From a virus (taxonomy: Duplodnaviria > Caudoviricetes), in IMG/VR virus record IMGVR_UViG_3300034071_000844, positions 1 through 36,211 of that record: DNA of 36,211 bases. One strand, given 5' to 3'. This document shows, in pieces, positions 17,761 through 24,555 of this stretch; position 1 is the first letter of the stretch; each line of letters starts with the position of its first letter. Made by a program: the position numbers and the translations under genes. The notes beneath the pieces were generated by a model. That model was not told the origin of the DNA. It saw nothing but the letters and a program-made list of their open reading frames with translations, and did not search any database.

Positions 17761-18159
17761 GTGTTCGCATACGAAAGCCAGCAGCAGACAGCCGACCGGC
17801 TGAAGCTAGGTCGACAGCAGTTAGGTCTGACGCAGGAACAGCTGGGCGACGCGCTTGACGTGACGGCGATGACCATTCGCCGCCGCGAACAGTGCCTGCC
17901 TAAGTCAATGCCTGATAATGCGTGGCAGCGCGCTTACTTGCTCGAACAGCTGGCCGATCTAGGCTGCCCACGCGACGTTCTAGGTCTGCCGTCGACTACT
18001 TCCCTGCAGATTGAAGGGCCAGTGCCTGTCGACGTCGAGACTGCCGAAGAAGCGATCAGGTCTGCTGAGCTTCGCGTTGCTCGCGCGGTCGAAGCGATGC
18101 ACCGGGTAGCTGAGACTGCCGCGCGGTTGCGATCAGAAGACCTTCGATCAGATGACTGA
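17761..18159 (+). CDS. XRE-family HTH repressor (immunity candidate)
   Basis: RLKLGRQQLGLTQEQLGDALDVTAMTIRRRE; likely GTG start 17761; divergent from early operon. Confidence 0.8.
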   Translation: MFAYESQQQTADRLKLGRQQLGLTQEQLGDALDVTAMTIRRREQCLPKSMPDNAWQRAYLLEQLADLGCPRDVLGLPSTTSLQIEGPVPVDVETAEEAIRSAELRVARAVEAMHRVAETAARLRSEDLRSDD

Positions 18160-18494
18160 CCGGCTCGCGCCAGATTGACGTAGGCGAAAGCGTTGCGTAG
18201 GTGCGTTGCGCTTCCAGAAGAAGTGCTGTCAATTCGTGCGGGGGCACGTGTCTAGGGTAGCGCAATTTCAGCCAATAACTAGCCGCTAGCGGTAAAACAG
18301 CTTGCCTTTTTCGAGGTAATTCGATGCGTGTCACAGTATGAAGGCTTGAAGGGCATCGCTGAATGGTGCGGTAGCCGAAACACAGTGAAGCGCCTTAGAA
18401 CGCCGCACAGCGCTTCTGAGCCTGTATCTAGGCGTGACAGGTAGTGACACGCTGCGAGCGCTTGCGGCGATCTGGCAGATCGGTCGACACCGCT

Positions 18495-18561
18495 ACGCAT
18501 TCCGTGTAGCGACCTGCTACACTGACCGTGTCAGTAAGTCAGCTAAGAGAAAGGCAACGTA
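18495..18561 (+). promoter_or_regulatory. Cassette promoter/operator copy B
   Basis: GTGTAGC-gacct-GCTACAC 18504-18522; TACACT -10; AGTCAGCTA leader; GAAAGG SD. Confidence 0.85.
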
Positions 18562-18726
18562 ATGAATACAGTCCCGACAGTACAGATGACCTTCACGAAG
18601 CAGGAATTGACCACGCTGCGTGAAGCGCTCAACCTTCTTGCCGTCCACACTGCTTCGGCAGATGAGACTGACAAGATCGAGCAGCTGCGCGAAATAATCC
18701 AGTACGAAGAAAGCGAGCTGCGCTAA
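18562..18726 (+). CDS. Cassette B gene: small acidic helical protein (54 aa)
   Basis: MNTVPTVQMTFTKQELTTLREALNLLAVHTASADETDKIEQLREIIQYEESELR; SD-led; below ORF-track cutoff. Confidence 0.8.
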   Translation: MNTVPTVQMTFTKQELTTLREALNLLAVHTASADETDKIEQLREIIQYEESELR

Positions 18727-18792
18727 GTCGAAACCGGGGCGATCTGCCCCGGTCTGTCGGAATTGACCTACCGGCACTGAAGATGACAGGTC
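18727..18792 (+). ncRNA. Type II hammerhead ribozyme HH1 with pseudoknot; predicted cleavage after C18754
   Basis: GUC-GAAA; stem III ACCGGGGC/GCCCCGGU; GUC triplet; stem I UGUCGG/CCGGCA; core CUGAAGA; extra U then GAC closes stem II; loop GACCU pairs with tail AGGUC. Confidence 0.9.
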
Positions 18793-18845
18793 GTGTAGCA
18801 GTTTGCTACACTGTAGGTATCAGTCAGCTAACGGAAAGGCACACG
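18783..18845 (+). promoter_or_regulatory. Cassette promoter/operator copy C (overlaps HH1 3' end)
   Basis: ATGACA-18bp-TACACT; GTGTAGC-agttt-GCTACAC 18793-18811; CAGTCAGCTA; GAAAGG. Confidence 0.8.
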
Positions 18846-19166
18846 ATGACCAGTAGACAGCGAGCAGCACAGGTTCGCAAGCAGCACCCAGACTACGACC
18901 GCGACGCATATAGTCGTGGCTACAAGTCTTCGGTCAATTCGACCGGGGCGGGCTTCGCGCTCGAAGCCGCCGATGGTCGCGGCGAACCGAATGAATGGTA
19001 CGACGGCTACAGCGACGCAGCTACCTGCCTTGAAAAGTGGCATCGCCCGCTGTGCGACGCTGATCTGCACGACGTGGGCGGCTGCAGGTCGACCGCAGAT
19101 GAGCCTTGCATCTGCGGCGCACCGAAGGCCGAAGGTCGCGACGACTGCGGCGATCACGGCTGGTAG
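18846..19166 (+). CDS. Cassette C gene: 106 aa protein with Rmf-like aromatic-Gly motifs and Cys/His-rich tail
   Basis: ATG 18846 after GGAAAGG; AYSRGY and WYDGY motifs; flanked by two hammerheads. Confidence 0.75.
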   Translation: MTSRQRAAQVRKQHPDYDRDAYSRGYKSSVNSTGAGFALEAADGRGEPNEWYDGYSDAATCLEKWHRPLCDADLHDVGGCRSTADEPCICGAPKAEGRDDCGDHGW

Positions 19167-19235
19167 GCGAAACGGTCGCGCCTTCGGGCGCGGCTGTCCG
19201 ACAGACTGACGACCTGTCGCTGACGAGCCTAGTCA
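19164..19235 (+). ncRNA. Type II hammerhead ribozyme HH2 with pseudoknot; predicted cleavage after C19198
   Basis: Stem II UAGGC/GCCUA; GAAA; 11-bp stem III with UUCG loop; GUC triplet; stem I CGACAG/CUGUCG; core CUGACGA; loop UGAC pairs with tail GUCA. Confidence 0.93.
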
Positions 19236-19254
19236 CCACCAGAAAGATGACCAG

Positions 19255-19455
19255 ATGACCGATGACGTAAGAAAGACACTGAAGGCAGCCGGTCGACGCT
19301 ACGGCAAGACGCAGGCTGCTCAGACGCAAGCGCTCGACGATCTTCGAGCGGCGATCACAGCTGCAGCAGACGCAGGTATGCCGAAGACCGAAATTGCCGA
19401 CGCTGCCGGTGTGCATCGCGTGACGGTTTACAAGATGATTGACGCAGGCAGCTAG
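19255..19455 (+). CDS. Small HTH protein (66 aa), candidate repressor of the cassette operator
   Basis: Long N-terminal helix then GMPKTEIADAAGVHRVTVYKMI. Confidence 0.85.
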   Translation: MTDDVRKTLKAAGRRYGKTQAAQTQALDDLRAAITAAADAGMPKTEIADAAGVHRVTVYKMIDAGS

Positions 19456-19961
19456 TGACCGAATTGCAGCAAGTCGCTACTGAATATGCGCAGCAGGGGC
19501 TTTCAGTCCTGCCGTTAGAACCGCGCGGAAAGCGCCCGATAGGGCGGCTAGTCAAGCGCGGCCACCTTTCAGCCAGTGCAGACCCTGAAGTCGTAGGCAG
19601 CTGGTGGGCGAAGGTGCCTGACGCGAATATTGGCATCGCCTGTTCGCTCAGTGGCATCGTCGTCTTTGATATCGACAGACGTAATGGCGGCGAGCGGCCA
19701 GACTGCCTGCCAGATACTTTTACCGTCGAGACTGGCGACGGCGAACATCTTTACTACTGCGCGCCAGCAGACTTTTCGCCAGCGCAGGTCGACGACGAAG
19801 GTATCGACGTGAAATGGAATGGCTACGTCGTAGCTGCGCCTTCAATTCACCCTAACGGCAAGACCTACAGCGTCGCCCGTCAAGACGTGGTGCGAGCGCT
19901 GCCGTCAGACCTTCAGGCATTTCTGAGCGATGACCTATCGGTGATTGAAGAAGCACCCTAG
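19455..19961 (+). CDS. Stand-alone bifunctional DNA primase/polymerase (Prim-Pol, AEP) domain
   Basis: VLPLEPRGKRP, NIGIA, VFDID, T..G.HLYY, GIDVK, YVVAAPSIH motifs; no helicase fusion. Confidence 0.92.
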   Translation: MTELQQVATEYAQQGLSVLPLEPRGKRPIGRLVKRGHLSASADPEVVGSWWAKVPDANIGIACSLSGIVVFDIDRRNGGERPDCLPDTFTVETGDGEHLYYCAPADFSPAQVDDEGIDVKWNGYVVAAPSIHPNGKTYSVARQDVVRALPSDLQAFLSDDLSVIEEAP

Positions 19962-19974
19962 ACGTCAGGTCGCG

Positions 19975-20041
19975 CTGCATTCTGTGTAGCAACCTGCTAC
20001 ACTAGACGTGTAATCAGTCAGCTACAGAAAGGTGATTCGAA
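19975..20041 (+). promoter_or_regulatory. Cassette promoter/operator copy D
   Basis: CTGCAT-17-TACACT; GTGTAGC-aacct-GCTACAC 19984-20002; CAGTCAGCTACAGAAAGG. Confidence 0.85.
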
Positions 20042-20308
20042 ATGAAGTCATTCACACCCAGCACTGCAAGCGTCGGTGACAGCGTCACTACCAGCGTTCG
20101 CACAGGTCAGCTTTTCGTGCAAGACCGACCCTTCGAGTGCCGACCCAGCTGCGTCTGCGGGTCGTGCAACGGCGTCGTGACCACTGGTCGCGGCACCGTG
20201 ATCGAATTCATTCACTGGGCCGATGGTGCCATCGACGCGAAAATCGCTGACGATCAGGGCAAGGTATTGACCTTCCCGGTCTACGCTGGCAATAGCGACG
20301 CCTGCTAG
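20042..20308 (+). CDS. Cassette D gene: hypothetical protein (88 aa), CxxxCxCxxC insert
   Basis: SD-led; followed by terminator. Confidence 0.75.
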   Translation: MKSFTPSTASVGDSVTTSVRTGQLFVQDRPFECRPSCVCGSCNGVVTTGRGTVIEFIHWADGAIDAKIADDQGKVLTFPVYAGNSDAC

Positions 20309-20328
20309 CTCGTCACAGAACGCGAAAC

Positions 20329-20352
20329 GGGGCGCCTTCGGGCGCCCTTTTT
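20329..20352 (+). terminator. Intrinsic terminator (shared family)
   Basis: GGGCGCC-ttcg-GGCGCCC-TTTTT. Confidence 0.88.
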
Positions 20353-20362
20353 CGTGGTCTAA

Positions 20363-20430
20363 CTGCATTTGGTGTAGCGACCTGCTACACTTACGGTGTA
20401 AGTCAATCAGCTACAGAAAGGCAATAGGCA
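20363..20430 (+). promoter_or_regulatory. Cassette promoter/operator copy E
   Basis: CTGCAT-17-TACACT; GTGTAGC-gacct-GCTACAC 20372-20390. Confidence 0.85.
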
Positions 20431-20628
20431 ATGACCGAATACACGCAGGCGCAACTCGATAAGGCAGTCGGCAAGTACACGAAGACCAATGACCCAGATC
20501 AGGTCGCCCGGTGGCGCGCTGACGGCGACAGCACGACTGCTGAAAACGTCGGCAAGCTGGTACGCAACTGTGACTTCGATCAGTACGAGCGCGTCATCGA
20601 GTACCTAGAAGAAGACGGGCTGCTTTAG
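20431..20628 (+). CDS. Cassette E gene: small acidic protein (65 aa)
   Basis: SD-led; followed by terminator. Confidence 0.78.
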   Translation: MTEYTQAQLDKAVGKYTKTNDPDQVARWRADGDSTTAENVGKLVRNCDFDQYERVIEYLEEDGLL

Positions 20629-20650
20629 TCTTCGTCGAGCCTTACGAATC

Positions 20651-20674
20651 AGGCGCCCTACGGGGCGCCTTTTT
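20651..20674 (+). terminator. Intrinsic terminator (shared family)
   Basis: AGGCGCCC-tacg-GGGCGCCT-TTTT. Confidence 0.88.
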
Positions 20675-20680
20675 CGTGCC

Positions 20681-21121
20681 CTATTCGCTGTCAGGCTCGC
20701 TGAACGGTCGCGGGTCGAGCGCCCTGTTATGGCGATACGACGGTCTACCTTCGGCTTCGCGCACTACGTCGCGCGCCATCTGGCAAGCCTGCCAGCTGAG
20801 CAGACCGAAGCTCGCTGCTCGAAGCAGAAGCACGCGCGCCGTATGCACTTCGTCGCGTGGCATCGTGTGCGACACGTCTCGCAGGCGCTGCAGCGCAAGT
20901 AGCGCCCACGCTGCCTGATCTGAGCCTTCTTCGCTGCATTCTGCGATCAGCTCGTCGACGGTCTTCGATGCGAAGGCACTGTCGCCGCCGTATTCCACGC
21001 TGCCGTGATCTAGCCGCTTCTGCACCACGTGTTCGAAGGCTCGCGCGGTAGCACCATCGCACTTCGCTTCGGCTGCCATCGCTTCTAGGGCTTGCGATTC
21101 GTATTTCAGATCACGGGTCAC
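20681..21121 (-). CDS. Possible all-alpha NTP pyrophosphohydrolase (MazG-like)
   Basis: KRLDHGSVEYG...ELIAECSEEGSD pattern resembles R..G..YG..E..EE..D. Confidence 0.45.
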   Translation of the reverse strand: MTRDLKYESQALEAMAAEAKCDGATARAFEHVVQKRLDHGSVEYGGDSAFASKTVDELIAECSEEGSDQAAWALLALQRLRDVSHTMPRDEVHTARVLLLRAASFGLLSWQACQMARDVVREAEGRPSYRHNRALDPRPFSEPDSE

Positions 21122-21381
21122 GATTCTGCCTTTCTCAGTCGAATGATCGTGGCAGCGTCTTCGCTACCTAAGTCTTCTGGCGATGCTTCGCCGCGAGCGA
21201 TTCGGGCCTGCTCGCGCGCTTCGTAGAAGGCTTCGAATTCCATCGCGTTTGCCAGACGTCCTGCTTCCACCTTCGACGGCGACGATTCGTCGAGCGCCAG
21301 CACCGTCTGACCGCCGCACGCGCAGTCGCGCCAGCCGATAGGCCAGATCGTGCTGCACCGAATGCAGCGACGCGCTGGCAT
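21118..21381 (-). CDS. Hypothetical zinc-ribbon protein (87 aa)
   Basis: CIRC...CACGG; coupled overlaps. Confidence 0.65.
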   Translation of the reverse strand: MPARRCIRCSTIWPIGWRDCACGGQTVLALDESSPSKVEAGRLANAMEFEAFYEAREQARIARGEASPEDLGSEDAATIIRLRKAES

Positions 21382-22604
21382 TAGGTCACGTAGCGCTTAC
21401 CGTTCGGCGCAAGCAGTCGACCGGGCGAGTAGACAGCAGGTGCCACCAGAAAATCGCCGGATTCTTGCCAGACGGTCGCAGTCAGAAAGCCGTTCTGCCA
21501 GTCAGGTTCGCCTGCGTGGTAGCCCAGCCCTTCGCCGTCTTCTATTTCGCACATCGCGCCAGTCTCAGCTGCCAGTCGCGGCTGCATTTCTTCGCCGTCT
21601 TCGCCTTCAGACCAGCGCGTGTGCAGCTTTATCGACTGCCGGTGCGTGTGCCCTTGTAGGGTCGAATTCGACAGGCTTTGCAGCAGCTGGTCGGTGGCGC
21701 GCTTCGATGCTGAATAGCCGTGACGCACCGTTAGCTTGCTCGATATGCGCAGCTTCGCCTTATCCCAGTCGCTTTCGTCACCTACGAATTCGATGCCCAG
21801 ATCGTCAAGACGTAGCAGGCGCCTGAGCGACAGCGCAGGCACTTCGTCGTCAGCGGCGCGCACGTCGACCAGACCGCGCACGTGGTCAAGCAGCTGGTGC
21901 GCGATTCTCGCGTCGTGATTACCGGGCAGCAGGTGCCAGCGGGTAGACGGCGATGCCTGACGCAGCGCCAGCAGCACTTCGAAGGCTGACTGAATGCCGT
22001 CATTAAGCGTCGTGCCTTCGGTATAGCGGCGCGGGCGGTGTCGAGACACCTGCGTCGCATCGAGTAAGTCGCCGTGAATGACGCCGTAGTCTGGCTGTTC
22101 GTCGGCTAGGTACTGGCAGAACAGGTCAAGTAGCGGCTGCGAATGGTGCGGGCAGTGGAAGTCGCCGCAGATCACCCAGCGTTCAGGTGCCTTCGTCTGA
22201 CGCTTCTTGCGCGGCTTCGGTGGCAGCGGCTGTGCATCTGGCGCAGACGGTGCGACGATCATCGCTTCGCGCGGTACCAGATCGACCCGCACCTGCGGGC
22301 CGTTCGGCCAGTCATTCAGTCGAACGCGCACGACTTCGAACGCGTCAGGGTCGACGCCGAATTTCTTCATTACTTCAGCGACCGCGACAGATTCGCCCGG
22401 TTCGCTGGTGATCGACGTCTTGCCGTCACGCTCGACCTTTCCCGGCGTGAAGTCGTCACGCGCCGCAGCTCGCAGCTTGCGCACGTGGTGCGCGACCGCG
22501 CCACGCGAGACACCCAGCTTCAGCGCAGCCTGCGTCGGGCCGACGCTGTCGACCAGTTTCAAGACTTCTTCGTCATTCCAATCGTGTTTCGGCTTACCTG
22601 CCAT
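21381..22604 (-). CDS. Calcineurin-like metallophosphoesterase with N-terminal HTH
   Basis: Likely start ATG 22604; GDFH, HGDLLD, GNHD, RHG, GHTH motifs; AALKLGVSRGAV HTH. Confidence 0.88.
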   Translation of the reverse strand: MAGKPKHDWNDEEVLKLVDSVGPTQAALKLGVSRGAVAHHVRKLRAAARDDFTPGKVERDGKTSITSEPGESVAVAEVMKKFGVDPDAFEVVRVRLNDWPNGPQVRVDLVPREAMIVAPSAPDAQPLPPKPRKKRQTKAPERWVICGDFHCPHHSQPLLDLFCQYLADEQPDYGVIHGDLLDATQVSRHRPRRYTEGTTLNDGIQSAFEVLLALRQASPSTRWHLLPGNHDARIAHQLLDHVRGLVDVRAADDEVPALSLRRLLRLDDLGIEFVGDESDWDKAKLRISSKLTVRHGYSASKRATDQLLQSLSNSTLQGHTHRQSIKLHTRWSEGEDGEEMQPRLAAETGAMCEIEDGEGLGYHAGEPDWQNGFLTATVWQESGDFLVAPAVYSPGRLLAPNGKRYVT

Positions 22605-22923
22605 TCGGCCACGTATCCCTTCCAGCGTAGAAGCGCGGGCCTTGCCGGTCATACGGCCACCAGACCAGTACGGGCAGCCAGCCTGCGCGCTCAGCCGCTT
22701 CTGCGAATTGCGAACGCTCAGACGGCGACCAGCCCGTGAAAGGGCCAGCCGCCGTCGTCTTGCATTCGATGACCTGCGTCTGGTATCCGGCCTTGCCGCA
22801 CACCAGATCACCTGCGCCCTTCGACCCAGCCGAACGTATGACAGTCCAGCCCTTACCTTCGTAGCGGGCTTTCAATTCACGTTCGCGCCGAATACCTGCG
22901 CGCTGTCGATTGTTTGCGGGCAC
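22594..22923 (-). CDS. Hjc-type Holliday junction resolvase
   Basis: G.RRERE, VIRSAGSKG.GDL, IECKT. Confidence 0.85.
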   Translation of the reverse strand: MPANNRQRAGIRRERELKARYEGKGWTVIRSAGSKGAGDLVCGKAGYQTQVIECKTTAAGPFTGWSPSERSQFAEAAERAGWLPVLVWWPYDRQGPRFYAGRDTWPNGR

Positions 22924-22951
22924 TGTTCGAAGCTCCTAGCTTCGGGCGTAC

Positions 22952-23095
22952 CTAGCCGTTAGGGACTAGGTAGACCAGCAGGGCAGTCGCTACAGCGATG
23001 ACGTCAGAAGCGACGCCCTGATCGAGCACGCCGACAGCGACGGCAAGACCGACCGCTGCGACGATGAATTTACGGATAGAAGCGACCTTTTTCAT
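22952..23095 (-). CDS. Holin-like membrane protein (47 aa)
   Basis: ATG 23095 after CAGGAG; RKFIVAAVG...ALLVYLVPN with two hydrophobic segments. Confidence 0.75.
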   Translation of the reverse strand: MKKVASIRKFIVAAVGLAVAVGVLDQGVASDVIAVATALLVYLVPNG

Positions 23096-23167
23096 CGCGT
23101 TTTCTCCTGTCTTCGTGCCTACTTCTAGGCGTTTGTTAGCGGTTGCTAAGAATCCTCGAGAATTGCG

Positions 23168-23236
23168 CTGCACACGGTGTAGCGACTTGCTACACTGACC
23201 GTGTCAGTAAGTCAGCTACTAGAAAGGTGATAGAAA
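23168..23236 (+). promoter_or_regulatory. Cassette promoter/operator copy F
   Basis: CTGCAC-17-TACACT; GTGTAGC-gactt-GCTACAC 23177-23195. Confidence 0.85.
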
Positions 23237-23506
23237 ATGCACGCAGAATCTTCGAAGTCTGAAGTGAAAGAAATTCCCGTCAGGTGGATTCAGGACGGCT
23301 ACGACGTCCTGATCGACGGTGAATGGCGCCTTGTGTATCGCGCGTCGTGGCAGATGCCGGGCGAAGATCGCGGCATTCTGGGCGCTGGCTCATCGCCGCA
23401 GACAGTGACGATTCAATTCGGCGCTGCGCACGATTACAAGTCGATGGTCTTCAATAACCACGACCAGCGGGTGACGATTCGTCGCCAGCCAGTACCGGGA
23501 ACGTGA
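23237..23506 (+). CDS. Cassette F gene 1: hypothetical beta-rich protein (89 aa)
   Basis: SD GAAAGGTG; IQDGYDVLIDGEWRLV suggests an SH3-like barrel. Confidence 0.75.
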   Translation: MHAESSKSEVKEIPVRWIQDGYDVLIDGEWRLVYRASWQMPGEDRGILGAGSSPQTVTIQFGAAHDYKSMVFNNHDQRVTIRRQPVPGT

Positions 23507-23512
23507 TCGCTA

Positions 23513-23857
23513 ATGGCTACCGAAATTGACATATACGGCAAGCGCGTGACGCTCGAACGTGTCTATACGAAGGCTGATCGTCAGTACGGCTTCAAGTCGT
23601 CACCTGACTACGCGCCTGAGTATGAAAAGTCGACCGAATACGAAGTGCTGATCGACGGCAAGACTGCTGGCTATGTGTTTGCTTACGAAACGCAGAATGA
23701 GCATTTCGCTAGCACTGGTAATCACGTCGCGTGGCGAAGCAAGCCGCGTAAAACGTGGGGGTACTTTATGCCCGGTGAGCTTCGCGGCACTGTGTGGCTG
23801 TCTACGCGTCGCGACGCCGTAGAACGTCTGGTGGGCGAGCACGTTCAGGAAAGCTAA
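23513..23857 (+). CDS. Cassette F gene 2: hypothetical protein (114 aa)
   Basis: Follows gene 1 by 6 nt; YEVLIDGK..GYV...W..TRRDAVERL. Confidence 0.72.
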   Translation: MATEIDIYGKRVTLERVYTKADRQYGFKSSPDYAPEYEKSTEYEVLIDGKTAGYVFAYETQNEHFASTGNHVAWRSKPRKTWGYFMPGELRGTVWLSTRRDAVERLVGEHVQES

Positions 23858-23955
23858 TCGCTAATGGCTACCACGATCACAGTCAGCGACCTACTTCGCA
23901 GCACCAGTCGCCTGTAGACTTACGTCTGCCGCTCGTAGCTGACTGGCAACGCGTT

Positions 23956-23982
23956 AGGCGCCTTCGGGCGCCTTTCGTGTTT
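23956..23982 (+). terminator. Intrinsic terminator (shared family)
   Basis: AGGCGCC-ttcg-GGCGCCT-TTCGTGTTT. Confidence 0.8.
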
Positions 23983-24555
23983 CTAGGCTGCCTGACGCTT
24001 GCGAGCGCGGCGAATCTTGCGAGCGTGACGAAGCACCCAGCGCATCGGATAGCTGCCGGGGTCGCTATGGTTGCCGCCCAGTGTGCCCAGCTTCTTATGC
24101 GTGATAACGCCTGATCGCACTACTGAGCCAGACCAGACGACTGCTCGACGCAGCGGTATATCGTGCTTCAGCGACCAGTCTGCTAGCCAGCGCGCAGTCT
24201 CCAGCAGCTCAGCTTCATTACCACGCCACGCGCGCCAGCCCTGCGCGGCGAATCCGATCTGCTCGACACCTAGCGACGCGCTGTTATACGAAGCGCAGTG
24301 CCACGCCTTGCGTCGATCTGGCACGAAGCGGGCAGACTGACCGTCAGCATCGACGCAGACGTGCGCGCTCGCTTGCGCTGCAGGATTCGAAAACCAGTTG
24401 GCGATAGCTTCCAGATCACCAGTGCCGGGGCGGTTATGCGATTCAGTCGAATGAATGACGATCAGGTTCGTGCGAACACCCGATGCGCGTAGTGACTGGT
24501 GCGGCGAGTCTTCGCGCACTACGACCTTCGGCTTTAGGCGCTTAGGCGTCTTCAC
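23983..24555 (-). CDS. Endolysin, N-acetylmuramoyl-L-alanine amidase (Amidase_2)
   Basis: IVIHSTE, ASAH, AWHC, N..SLGVE, ITH..HSDPG. Confidence 0.92.
   Translation of the reverse strand: MKTPKRLKPKVVVREDSPHQSLRASGVRTNLIVIHSTESHNRPGTGDLEAIANWFSNPAAQASAHVCVDADGQSARFVPDRRKAWHCASYNSASLGVEQIGFAAQGWRAWRGNEAELLETARWLADWSLKHDIPLRRAVVWSGSVVRSGVITHKKLGTLGGNHSDPGSYPMRWVLRHARKIRRARKRQAA

Noticed and set aside
18056-18334. Minus-strand 92-aa ORF convergent on the repressor
   Set aside because: Overlaps the repressor by about 100 nt with no SD or motif; cannot be supported, though not excluded
18783-18845. Longer 127-aa start for cassette C gene
   Set aside because: Overlaps HH1 and promoter C; the SD supports ATG 18846
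18755-19198. Rolling-circle translation of the 444-nt (148-codon) inter-ribozyme RNA
   Set aside because: The ORF has its own TAG at 19164-19166, so divisibility by three is probably coincidental
18495-20674. Repeated palindromes as a CRISPR or mini-CRISPR array
   Set aside because: Intervening segments are hundreds of bp of SD-led ORFs and the repeats contain promoter elements; no 30-40 bp spacers and no cas operon
23506-23521. CTAATGGCTACC as start of a twister ribozyme
   Set aside because: Downstream twister core and pseudoknot elements could not be found
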